Assembly: GCA_903828785.1 (NCBI GenBank)
Contig: CAIKNP010000007.1
Span: forward strand, 1,629-65,628
DNA from: an uncultured Actinomycetes bacterium
GTDB taxonomy: Bacteria; Actinomycetota; Acidimicrobiia; Acidimicrobiales; RAAP-2
Direction: 5' to 3'
DNA: 64,000 nt
The notes beneath the pieces were generated by a model. The model was not told where the DNA came from and did not search any database. It saw nothing but the letters and a program-made list of their open reading frames with translations. Positions within the stretch are counted from its first letter, which is position 1; the number at the start of each line of letters is the position of its first letter. Below, one piece after another: positions 8,913 to 16,866 of the stretch. A program made the position numbers and the translations under genes.

Positions 8913-10325
8913 ATGTCCACTCGTTACGTTATTTTCATGGCAAGAGCAAAGCAAGCGACCGCACCCGTCATTTGGGGCCCCGAGGCTCGTCCTCGCCGTC
9001 GTCGCTTTCACCGTCCCCAGCGTCGAATCGCCGAAAATCTCTCGATTCTCGCGGGGCTCGGCCTCGGTGCCGTTCTCGCTTTAACCTTCACCGTCGAGGA
9101 CCGAGCGGCGGTGCACTCCCCTGGTGGCTGGTGGTTACTCGTGGCGCGCCTCAGTGGCATGGTCGCGGCCTACGGCCTCCTCGTCATGGTCGTATTGATT
9201 GCTCGTATTCCCCAGCTCGAACGAGCGGTAGGGCAGGACCAACTCGTTCGTTGGCACCGCAAGATTGCCCCCTACCTCTACTACCTCATGACCGCGCACA
9301 TCATCACGGTCGTCGTCGGCTACGCCATGCTCTCGAAGAGCGGCATCGTGGCGCAGTTCTTCACCTTCCTTTGGCACTACCCTGACATTTTGAGCAGCGT
9401 CGTCGGCTTCATTCTTTTGACCATGGCCGCCGTGACGTCAATACGCCAGGCGCGACACGCGATGAAGTACGAGACCTGGTGGACGGTGCACCTCTACACC
9501 TACATCGGCCTCGCCCTCTCCTTTTCGCACCAGATCCGCACCGGTGTCATGTTCCTCGGTCACCCTCTCTACACCCAGATTTGGACGGGAGCGTGGCTGG
9601 CGGTGGGTGGCATCGTGATCCTGGTCCGCTTCGGTTTGCCCCTGTGGCGTAATCTCCAGTGGCAATTGCGGATTGAAAACGTCACCCAGGTCAATCCCGG
9701 GGTCTACGCCATCACGGTGAAGGGACGTCACTTGGAAAGGATGGCCATTTCCGGTGGGCAATTCTTTCAGTGGCGTTTCATGAGTCCGGGACTTTGGTGG
9801 CACAGCCACCCTTACTCAATCTCAGCGCTGCCTCGACCACCCTTCATGCGCCTTACGGTAAAGGGCTTGGGCGACCAATCAACGGCCCTGGCCAAGTTGC
9901 GACCAGGAACACGAGTTTTCGTCGAAGGTCCCTTTGGTGCCTTCACGCACCACAAGTCGTCCAACCAAAAGTGCGTGCTGATCGGCGCCGGGGTGGGACT
10001 CACACCTATTCGCTCCCTGCTCGAAGACATGCCCTCGGCCAAGCAGGTCGAAGTGATTATTCGAGCCACGACTGTCGATGACGTCGTGCACCGTGACGAG
10101 TTGCAAGCGTTCGCGGCCGCTCACCGGGGGCAGTACCACGAGCTCATTGGCTCTCGCGAACAGATTCGCATGAACGGCGAGATGATCTTGTCGCTCGTGC
10201 CCGACATTCAATCAAGTGACATTTACCTATGTGGACCGGAGGGTTTTATGCAAGAAGTTAGGACAATTTTGGCGGGGTTGCGCGTGCCGCACACCAGCAT
10301 TCACTACGAAAGCTTTTCCTTCTAA
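8913..10325 (+). CDS. NOX / ferric-reductase-like transmembrane flavocytochrome (FRD heme domain plus FAD and NAD(P)H domains)
   Basis: His pairs are spaced 14 residues (WHRKIAPYLYYLMTAH) and 13 residues (VHLYTYIGLALSFSH) in consecutive odd helices. Other motifs are the HPYS FAD motif, GAGVGLTP nucleotide motif and C-terminal LCGPEGF. The start could be ATG 8913 or ATG 8937. Confidence 0.8.
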   Translation: MSTRYVIFMARAKQATAPVIWGPEARPRRRRFHRPQRRIAENLSILAGLGLGAVLALTFTVEDRAAVHSPGGWWLLVARLSGMVAAYGLLVMVVLIARIPQLERAVGQDQLVRWHRKIAPYLYYLMTAHIITVVVGYAMLSKSGIVAQFFTFLWHYPDILSSVVGFILLTMAAVTSIRQARHAMKYETWWTVHLYTYIGLALSFSHQIRTGVMFLGHPLYTQIWTGAWLAVGGIVILVRFGLPLWRNLQWQLRIENVTQVNPGVYAITVKGRHLERMAISGGQFFQWRFMSPGLWWHSHPYSISALPRPPFMRLTVKGLGDQSTALAKLRPGTRVFVEGPFGAFTHHKSSNQKCVLIGAGVGLTPIRSLLEDMPSAKQVEVIIRATTVDDVVHRDELQAFAAAHRGQYHELIGSREQIRMNGEMILSLVPDIQSSDIYLCGPEGFMQEVRTILAGLRVPHTSIHYESFSF

Positions 10326-11320
10326 TGATGAAAGCCCCCATCATCGTTACCAGTACCGTGGTCGGACTCGCCTCCGTCCTGTCCTTTCGTTCAACGCCGG
10401 TTCAGGTAAAACTCACTATCCCCTCTGGCCCCGCAACGACGCAGCCGAGCCAGCCCCACGCGCCTAAGTCGACGGCAACGACTACGCCCCCGACAACGAC
10501 AACGTCAGCGGCGCCTTCGGGGACAGCGGGATCGACGGGTGGAACAACCACAGTGGTGCATCAGACTCACTGTGGCACCACACCCGCAACCCAGTCAACG
10601 GGATCTACCGGTGTTTCCGGATCGTCGGGTGCTTCCGGCATATCGGGCGCATCGGGTGCTTCCGGAGAAAGCGGTTCAACCGGCGAGAGTAATAACGCAG
10701 TTCCAAGCGTTTCTGGGGTTTCCGGGGTTAGCGCAGTCACTGGAGCGAGCGGCGCAACAGGAGTCATCGGTGTTGCCGGTCCTTCCGGCGGCTCTGACGA
10801 CGGTGGTCCGGGGGACGACGGTGGTCCGGGGGACGACGGTGGTCCACGTCACGAGCGGGGCAATGTAAGCGTCGCCCACGCCGTGCACCCAATGGTGGTC
10901 TCGGCGCGTTGCGTAACCACCACTTCAGTCACGCGGACGCCCTCGCACAAACACCACCCAGTGACCACCACCACGGTTAAGAAGACCACTACAACTACCA
11001 CGGTTCCACGGCCCACCACGACAACGACGGTGGTCTCCAGCACTCGGACGGCAACTGGCCAAGTGTTCAACTACTACTTCGGCACACTGAGCGTGACAGT
11101 CACGGCCAAGGGTAAGAAAATCACAGGAGTGACCATCGCGTCGCTCAACGACGGCGGCAACCCCCGCTCGGCCAGCATTGACAGTTACGCATTGCCAATT
11201 TTGATCAACGAAGCGAAGAGTGCGCAGAGTGCCAAGATTGCTACCGTCTCTGGGGCCAGTTACACCAGCGCCGGTTTTGTCGCCTCACTGCAAAGTGCCC
11301 TGACCAAGCTCGGTATCTAA
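10325..11320 (+). CDS. Membrane-anchored FMN-binding (FMN_bind) domain protein with a roughly 200-aa low-complexity tether
   Basis: There is an N-terminal hydrophobic helix (APIIVTSTVVGLASVLSF), then T/S/G/P-rich sequence. The C-terminal domain carries the flavinylation-type motif ATVSGASYTSAGF. The ATG overlaps the upstream TAA (TAATG). Confidence 0.8.
   Translation: MMKAPIIVTSTVVGLASVLSFRSTPVQVKLTIPSGPATTQPSQPHAPKSTATTTPPTTTTSAAPSGTAGSTGGTTTVVHQTHCGTTPATQSTGSTGVSGSSGASGISGASGASGESGSTGESNNAVPSVSGVSGVSAVTGASGATGVIGVAGPSGGSDDGGPGDDGGPGDDGGPRHERGNVSVAHAVHPMVVSARCVTTTSVTRTPSHKHHPVTTTTVKKTTTTTTVPRPTTTTTVVSSTRTATGQVFNYYFGTLSVTVTAKGKKITGVTIASLNDGGNPRSASIDSYALPILINEAKSAQSAKIATVSGASYTSAGFVASLQSALTKLGI
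10601..10690 (+). repeat. Ten consecutive in-frame Gly-X-Ser/Thr triplets (GST GVS GSS GAS GIS GAS GAS GES GST GES)
   Basis: Read directly from the codons ggn-nnn-(tcn/agy/acc). It lies inside the FMN-binding protein gene. Confidence 0.9.
10796..10845 (+). repeat. 18-nt tandem repeat, about 2.8 copies (gacgacggtggtccgggg), encoding DDGGPG repeats
   Basis: Exact direct repeats are visible at 10796-10813 and 10814-10831, with a partial third copy to 10845. Confidence 0.95.
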
Positions 11321-11323
11321 ACA

Positions 11324-12067
11324 TTGTCTCGCCGACACGAGCGCGTGGAGGTGATGGGCACCATAGTCACCTTCGACTTCTACGGGGAGGCGCGCGATCT
11401 CGACAGTCGTCTGGAGGAAGCGACTCGTCTGCTACACGACGCTGACGAGACCTTTTCTTTGTGGAAGTCCCAAAGCCTGATGAGCCAGTGGCGGCGTGGC
11501 GAATTGGCCGTCCAACCCATTGAACTGAAGGAAGTTCTCGATCGTTGCGACATTGTTCGTGCCCAGACCGACGGCTGGTTTGACCCTTGGTCACTACCCG
11601 GTGGCGTCGATCCCACGGGTTTTGTCAAGGGCTGGGCGGCGCAACGCGCCTGTGATGTCTTTCGAGATTTGCCCCTACGCGGCGTCATCGTTAACGCCGC
11701 GGGTGACATTGCCGCTTGGGGCCACGACGACGACGGTGAACGCTTTCGCGCCGGCATCGTCTCCCCTCAACAAACACAGGCGATAGCCCATACGGTGTGG
11801 CTTGACGCCGCTCTCGCGACTTCTGGTAGCTACCTGCGCGGCAACCACCTCTTCAACCCTAAGGGTCGCCATTTCGGGACGAAAGCGGCGTCGGCCAGCG
11901 TTACCGGTCCCGACCTAGCGGTGGCTGATGCCTTCGCCACCGCGCTCGTCTGTGGTGGCGAACCCGTGCTCGATCTCGTGTCAGCCGTCGAGGGCTACGA
12001 GGGCCTGTTACACCATTTTGACGGACGAGTCCAGCACTCGTCCGGCTTTGCCCTGATTGAGAACTAG
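11324..12067 (+). CDS. apbE: FAD:protein FMN transferase (ApbE family), no recognisable signal peptide
   Basis: ApbE landmarks are VMGT near the N-terminus, DPTGFVKGWA, NAAGDI, ATSGSY and VADAFATAL. It begins 3 nt after the FMN_bind gene stop, in the same frame. The start could be TTG 11324 or ATG 11354. Confidence 0.8.
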   Translation: MSRRHERVEVMGTIVTFDFYGEARDLDSRLEEATRLLHDADETFSLWKSQSLMSQWRRGELAVQPIELKEVLDRCDIVRAQTDGWFDPWSLPGGVDPTGFVKGWAAQRACDVFRDLPLRGVIVNAAGDIAAWGHDDDGERFRAGIVSPQQTQAIAHTVWLDAALATSGSYLRGNHLFNPKGRHFGTKAASASVTGPDLAVADAFATALVCGGEPVLDLVSAVEGYEGLLHHFDGRVQHSSGFALIEN

Positions 12068-12549
12068 TGCGTCCGGCGCCCCGGTACGGGCGCAATGAGA
12101 ATAAGTGAAAGGTACGTCACCACCGCAATTGCCAGGTGCATCCACACCAGTACAAAGACCGCGTCGAGGGGTTGACCCATAAGCAGGATAAAAACGTCGG
12201 GCAGGAGCAAGACGAGCGTCACCACTATTGCCATGCGCAAAAAGAGCCAGGTTGCCTGAGACGAAATACGCGTGACCACCGGCCAACCAGCCCCCGCTAT
12301 CACCACGCCAATGATGGTGAGCTTGGCGTACTCGAGGAACTGAAAGTGCGCGTAATTCTTTTGGGCCGGGAACATCCAGATGCCGAGCTTCACCAGGAGA
12401 AAGTCTGCGACGAGCGACCCCACCACCGCCACGAGAGTGGCGATGGCCACCGCCCGCGCATTCGGTGATTGACGGGGCTTAAAGTCGACGTGAAAGTACT
12501 CAAGCCATGGTTGTAAAAAACGAGGAAACTGTTCAATCGAGAATTGCAC
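12064..12549 (-). CDS. Hypothetical integral membrane protein (4 predicted helices)
   Basis: 161 aa with hydrophobic segments (AIATLVAVVGSLVADFLLV, IIGVVIAGAGW, IVVTLVLLLPDVFILL, VFVLVWMHLAIAVVTYLSLILI). I cannot place it in a named family with confidence. Confidence 0.55.
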   Translation of the reverse strand: MQFSIEQFPRFLQPWLEYFHVDFKPRQSPNARAVAIATLVAVVGSLVADFLLVKLGIWMFPAQKNYAHFQFLEYAKLTIIGVVIAGAGWPVVTRISSQATWLFLRMAIVVTLVLLLPDVFILLMGQPLDAVFVLVWMHLAIAVVTYLSLILIAPVPGRRTH

Positions 12550-12589
12550 GCAAACTCCTTAACTGTAAGAGACCAGTGTAGGGAACGAT

Positions 12590-12898
12590 TCAGCGTGGCG
12601 AGTCGAAATCGACGTTCTCGAGCAAGGTGCGAAGTTGTCGACCCATCTCACGGGCGGGACCGGTAATTTCTCCGATGGCGTCTCCCTCGACACTCACGTC
12701 GTCACCCGGCTCATACAGTGACACCTTCATTCCCCGTCCGCCACGACGAGCCACCACCGTCCACGGCAAGCCCTCAACACCCGAGTCGTGGGTGGCCACG
12801 ATGTTGCTGCCTTCGCTGGTGAGTTGCCACTCGGGTGACCGGGCGTGGTCAATCACGCGCTCCAGGTCGGATGACTTGGAAAGGCTCACTGCTCGCAC
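12590..12898 (-). CDS. Hypothetical small soluble protein
   Basis: 102-aa ORF with genome-typical codon bias. The start is uncertain (listed start 12898 overlaps the upstream gene by 13 nt; an alternative GTG is at 12856). No recognisable motif. Confidence 0.4.
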   Translation of the reverse strand: MRAVSLSKSSDLERVIDHARSPEWQLTSEGSNIVATHDSGVEGLPWTVVARRGGRGMKVSLYEPGDDVSVEGDAIGEITGPAREMGRQLRTLLENVDFDSPR

Positions 12899-13341
12899 TC
12901 GTCGCGCAAACGCTCGAGCGTGGTTCGAATCGACGAAACCGTGAAGTCAGCACGGTTGAAGCCCGCGGCGGCGTCTTCGTCGCGCATGAAGTCAGGCCGC
13001 CGATCGGCCCACGACTCGCGCACCACGCAACCCTCATCGCTGGGGGTCACACGAAATTCCCAGTCCGAAATGTCGTACTCTTCATAGGTCACACGAAAGG
13101 CGAAGACCTGCGTTGGCTCGAATGCCGTTACCGTGGCGATGGTCGACCACTCGTCACCGTCACGCGCGTTGCTTCCTTCGAAACGGGCCCCGAGTGAGGG
13201 ACCCACGGCACCGTCCAGCCAGGCGCCTCCGGTGTTTTCTGGCGACCACGAACCCATTTTGGCCAGATCGCTCAAGGTGGCGAAAACCAGCGCCGCGTCC
13301 GCGCGCACGCTGCACTCATCAAAGTAGTCAAAAGTAGTCAT
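12886..13341 (-). CDS. SRPBCC-family protein
   Basis: 151 aa. ADAALVFATLSDLAKMGSWSPE fits the SRPBCC/AHSA1-like pattern. Confidence 0.65.
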   Translation of the reverse strand: MTTFDYFDECSVRADAALVFATLSDLAKMGSWSPENTGGAWLDGAVGPSLGARFEGSNARDGDEWSTIATVTAFEPTQVFAFRVTYEEYDISDWEFRVTPSDEGCVVRESWADRRPDFMRDEDAAAGFNRADFTVSSIRTTLERLRDECEQ

Positions 13342-13350
13342 GCGCTCAGC

Positions 13351-13902
13351 CTAGGTGGCGCGGGAGCGCACCCGCGGCGGGGGTGGGGAATCCAGGCCGA
13401 AGAATAATGCGACGCCAAAACCCACCAGGAGTATCACTTCCCCTTGAAAAAGTTCGTGCACGTGCCAGTCCGGCAGTGAACACGCGGCGAGTACGCCACC
13501 GGCGAACTGCGTCACAACGGGGAGGCTCCGAGCGACGTGGCGCCCGGGCAGCAAGGAGATGGAGAGAGCGAAACTGGTCAGCGCCATCGTTACCCCCACG
13601 GTCATATGGGCCCAATTCAAAAGTGCACCTTGGTTGTAGGGGGTGAGCAACAGAAGTGGGAAACCAACTGCTTCCAAAAAAATTCCGTTCACGAACCATC
13701 GCGCACATTGCTGATGAGCCAGGGAGCGTCCGACAAAAACAAGTCCTCCAGTGGCGCTTAAAAAACCAATGCTGAGTACCGGGAGGGTCGTCGGGGTCAC
13801 TCCATAAAAGGAGATCCCGTCACTCTGGGCAATACTCGAGAAGTTCCGGTGCACGCAATAGGCCAATGAGGCGTACAGCACGAGTTGGGTGCTGGCGAGC
13901 AC
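13351..13902 (-). CDS. Hypothetical integral membrane protein
   Basis: Multi-helix hydrophobic product. The start is placed at GTG 13902 so that it does not overlap ppa. The listed ORF start (14028) would overlap ppa by 92 nt. Confidence 0.45.
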   Translation of the reverse strand: MLASTQLVLYASLAYCVHRNFSSIAQSDGISFYGVTPTTLPVLSIGFLSATGGLVFVGRSLAHQQCARWFVNGIFLEAVGFPLLLLTPYNQGALLNWAHMTVGVTMALTSFALSISLLPGRHVARSLPVVTQFAGGVLAACSLPDWHVHELFQGEVILLVGFGVALFFGLDSPPPPRVRSRAT

Positions 13903-13936
13903 CTTCGGCGGCGAGGACCTTAGCGACCTCGTGTGG

Positions 13937-14419
13937 TCACCCCTGGAAACGAACGATTGAGGCGCCGAGCTCTTCGAGGGCCGCCTCACGACCAACCCAC
14001 TTATCGACGCGCACCCACTTGCCCGCATCCAGGTCCTTGTAGCGCTCGAAGAAGTGCTTGATGGTGTTCAAGATTGCTTCGGGTACGTCACTGATGTCGT
14101 TGGCCTGCTTCCACGCGGGGTCGTAGGCGGGAACGCAGAGCAGCTTGGCGTCTTCGCCCCCTTCGTCGGTCATGATGCACATGCCGAGAATCTTCGATTC
14201 AATAAAGCAACCCGGAAAGGTGGGAAACTTGGTTAAGACCAGTGCGTCGAGGGGGTCACCATCGCCCCCAAGCGTGTCGGGAATGAAGCCGTACTCCGCG
14301 GGATAGGCCATGGCCACGTTCAGGTGGCGATCGAGCTTGATGACACCAGTCTCTTCGTCAAATTCGTATTTATTTTGACTGCCGGCGGGGATTTCGACAA
14401 AGACGTTTACGGTACTCAT
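13937..14419 (-). CDS. ppa: Inorganic pyrophosphatase (family I)
   Basis: 160 aa with EIPAGSQNKYEFD and GGDGDPLDALV motifs. Confidence 0.95.
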   Translation of the reverse strand: MSTVNVFVEIPAGSQNKYEFDEETGVIKLDRHLNVAMAYPAEYGFIPDTLGGDGDPLDALVLTKFPTFPGCFIESKILGMCIMTDEGGEDAKLLCVPAYDPAWKQANDISDVPEAILNTIKHFFERYKDLDAGKWVRVDKWVGREAALEELGASIVRFQG

Positions 14420-14533
14420 GGGGCTCCTTCAGGGTGGCACTCGACACCCTTTAACTGTAGTCAGAGCCGACTGGGGCGGGAGAGGTCTTCTCTAGACTGA
14501 ACCTGAGCCATTTTCGTGGTAATTGAGGAGTGA

Positions 14534-15391
14534 GTGGTGGAGCGAATTGCTGTAGTGGGCTGCGGATTAATGGGGTCAGGTATTGCGGAAGTGGCTGCCC
14601 GAAGTGGCTTCGAGGTGATTGTCGTGGAGTCCACGAATGCCGCCGTCGACCTCGGACGAGAGCGCGTAAGCAAATCACTGCGCAAATCACTTGACGCGGG
14701 CAAATTGTCGCCGGAGGATTTCGAGAACGCGAGCCAACGACTTCACTTTTCCACGGAACTCAGCGCGCTTGTTGGCGCGGACCTTGTTATTGAGGCAATA
14801 TCCGAACAAGCGGATGGCAAATTCGAACTCTTTCGCCAACTTGACGAGCTCTTTGGTGACGCCCCGGTCGTCCTGGCCTCGAATACGTCGTCGATCCCCA
14901 TCGCTCGCATTGCTGAGGTCACGGCCCACCCCGAACGAGTGATTGGACTGCACTTCTTTAATCCGGTGCCCACGATGAAACTCGTTGAAGTAATCGCCGG
15001 ACAGCGCACCAGTAAGGAAACGGTCCTCAAGGCCCACGAACTGGCTGCCGCACTGAATAAGACTGCCGTCACCGCTCCCGATCAGGCCGGCTTCATAGTC
15101 AATGCCCTCCTCATCCCCTATCTCCTGGCCGCGATTCGACTCTTCGAAAGCGGTAACGCCAGTTCCCAAGACATTGATACCGCGATGGTGCTGGGTTGCG
15201 GTCATCCCATGGGACCCCTTCGCCTCACTGATTTGATTGGCCTGGACACCACGCTGGCCATCGCCGAAGTGCTCTTTGCGGCGTCCGGTGAGGCTCATTT
15301 GACCCCGCCCCCGCTACTCGTCACCATGGTTGCCGAGGGCCGCCTGGGACGTAAAACTGGTGAGGGCTTCTTTAGCTACCCCCAGTCGTGA
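14534..15391 (+). CDS. 3-hydroxyacyl-CoA / 3-hydroxybutyryl-CoA dehydrogenase
   Basis: It has IAVVGCGLMGSGIAEV (NAD fold), SNTSS, HFFNPV and GRKTGEGFF motifs. Confidence 0.9.
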   Translation: MVERIAVVGCGLMGSGIAEVAARSGFEVIVVESTNAAVDLGRERVSKSLRKSLDAGKLSPEDFENASQRLHFSTELSALVGADLVIEAISEQADGKFELFRQLDELFGDAPVVLASNTSSIPIARIAEVTAHPERVIGLHFFNPVPTMKLVEVIAGQRTSKETVLKAHELAAALNKTAVTAPDQAGFIVNALLIPYLLAAIRLFESGNASSQDIDTAMVLGCGHPMGPLRLTDLIGLDTTLAIAEVLFAASGEAHLTPPPLLVTMVAEGRLGRKTGEGFFSYPQS

Positions 15392-16866
15392 AAACGAGAA
15401 GGGAAGCCCCGGCGTCACTGCTCAGCGGCACACTGATTCTTATTGCCGCGATGATGTCCATCATCACCAGTCTGGGGGCGCCACTCGTTACGACGGTCGC
15501 CATCAGCGACCACGTAAACCTGTCCACCGCCGAATGGATGCTCACCGCAACCTTGCTGACGGGGGCCCTCGCCACCCCGATCATGGGTCGGCTCGCCGAC
15601 ACGCACTTGCAGCACCGGGTTATTTTGTTCGCCCTCACCACCGTCATCATTGGACTCGCGGCGGCAGCCCTTTCTCGTAACTTTGCCGTCTTGGTGGTGG
15701 GTCGCAGTCTGCAGGGCCTGGGTCTCGGACTAGTCCCCGTGTGCATGACCATTGCTCGCAGCCAGCTCTCACCGGCTCGCGCCACCCGCACTATCGCCAC
15801 GCTTTCGGTGACCGTGGCGGTGGGCGTGGGGCTGGGCTATCCCCTCACGAGTTTCGTGGCCCAGTTTGTCTCCTTTCACGCATCCTTCTGGGTGGCGACC
15901 GCCTTTGTGGGCGTCACGTTCGCTCTAGCGATGCGCGTGTTGCCAGTGCACCACGACGCTCCGCGCCAGAAATTCGACCTGGGGGGTGCGCTCACGCTGA
16001 CTCTCGGGCTCACGGCGCTGCTCCTCTGGCTGGGAGAGGGCCAGGTATGGGGTTGGAGGTCGCGCATCTCCATCGTTTGCCTCGCCGTCAGCGTACTTAT
16101 TCTTTTCGGCTGGGTCTTCTACGAATTACACCAGGACATTCCCTTGGTCGACCTACGCCAAGTCCGCCGCCGCAACGTCGTCGCCGCGGACGTCATTGGT
16201 TTCGTGGTCTGCGTGGCTATGTACCTCTTCTTACCAATACTGGTCGAGTTCGTGACCATTCCGGCGGCGTCAGGTTTTGGTTTCGGGGCGGACATTCTGA
16301 CTTCGGGGATGCTGCTCGTTCCCTTGTCGGTCTCCACTTTTCTCGCGAGCCGACTCATTCCGCTGGCGCTCAAAGTGCTGCCCATGCGTATCCTGATTCC
16401 TATCGGTACCACCTTCTTCGGCGCCGCCTCACTCGGTTTCGTCTTCTTTCACCACCACCTCTACGAAGCGTTCATTATGTCGGGCATTGCCGGAATAGGG
16501 TCGGGCATCACCTTCGCCATCATGCCGGGCTACGTCGTCAAATCCGTCAAAGCGGAAGAGACGGGCGGGGCGCTGGGTTTCTACCAACTCTCGCGTAACG
16601 TCGGTCTCTCCATCGGCGCGGCAATCTCTGGGCTGATCTTGGCTCACTACACGCCCCGGGGCTCGTCCATTCCCTCCCTTAACGGGTTCATGGACACGAT
16701 GAAAATAGCCGTTGGCTTGCTCGTCGTCTCGGGCATTTTGGCCTTCGTCCTCTTGAGCGAATCCACCTCGACGCCACTAACGCCCGCCATCAAGACAATG
16801 ATGGAGGAGGAGGGTGAAGTGGCCGGGTCCGGTTTAAGTTTTGACGGCGGCGGCGACGCCTTCTAG
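15388..16866 (+). CDS. MFS transporter (14-helix drug:H+ antiporter-like)
   Basis: 492 aa with the motif GRLADTHLQHRVIL and many TM helices. It has a GTGA overlap with the dehydrogenase gene. Confidence 0.8.
   Translation: MKTRREAPASLLSGTLILIAAMMSIITSLGAPLVTTVAISDHVNLSTAEWMLTATLLTGALATPIMGRLADTHLQHRVILFALTTVIIGLAAAALSRNFAVLVVGRSLQGLGLGLVPVCMTIARSQLSPARATRTIATLSVTVAVGVGLGYPLTSFVAQFVSFHASFWVATAFVGVTFALAMRVLPVHHDAPRQKFDLGGALTLTLGLTALLLWLGEGQVWGWRSRISIVCLAVSVLILFGWVFYELHQDIPLVDLRQVRRRNVVAADVIGFVVCVAMYLFLPILVEFVTIPAASGFGFGADILTSGMLLVPLSVSTFLASRLIPLALKVLPMRILIPIGTTFFGAASLGFVFFHHHLYEAFIMSGIAGIGSGITFAIMPGYVVKSVKAEETGGALGFYQLSRNVGLSIGAAISGLILAHYTPRGSSIPSLNGFMDTMKIAVGLLVVSGILAFVLLSESTSTPLTPAIKTMMEEEGEVAGSGLSFDGGGDAF

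Noticed and set aside
10601-10845. Bacterial collagen-like triple-helix domain in the FMN-binding protein.
   Set aside because: The Gly-X-Y runs are short (about 10 triplets), are interrupted, and lack Pro and charged pairs at X and Y. A flexible Ser/Thr/Gly spacer is the simpler reading.
10539-11070. Alternative-frame and antisense ORFs (109, 66, 70 and 73 aa) inside the low-complexity region.
   Set aside because: These are by-products of repetitive GC-rich codons. The FMN_bind frame is the only one continuous with a recognisable domain.
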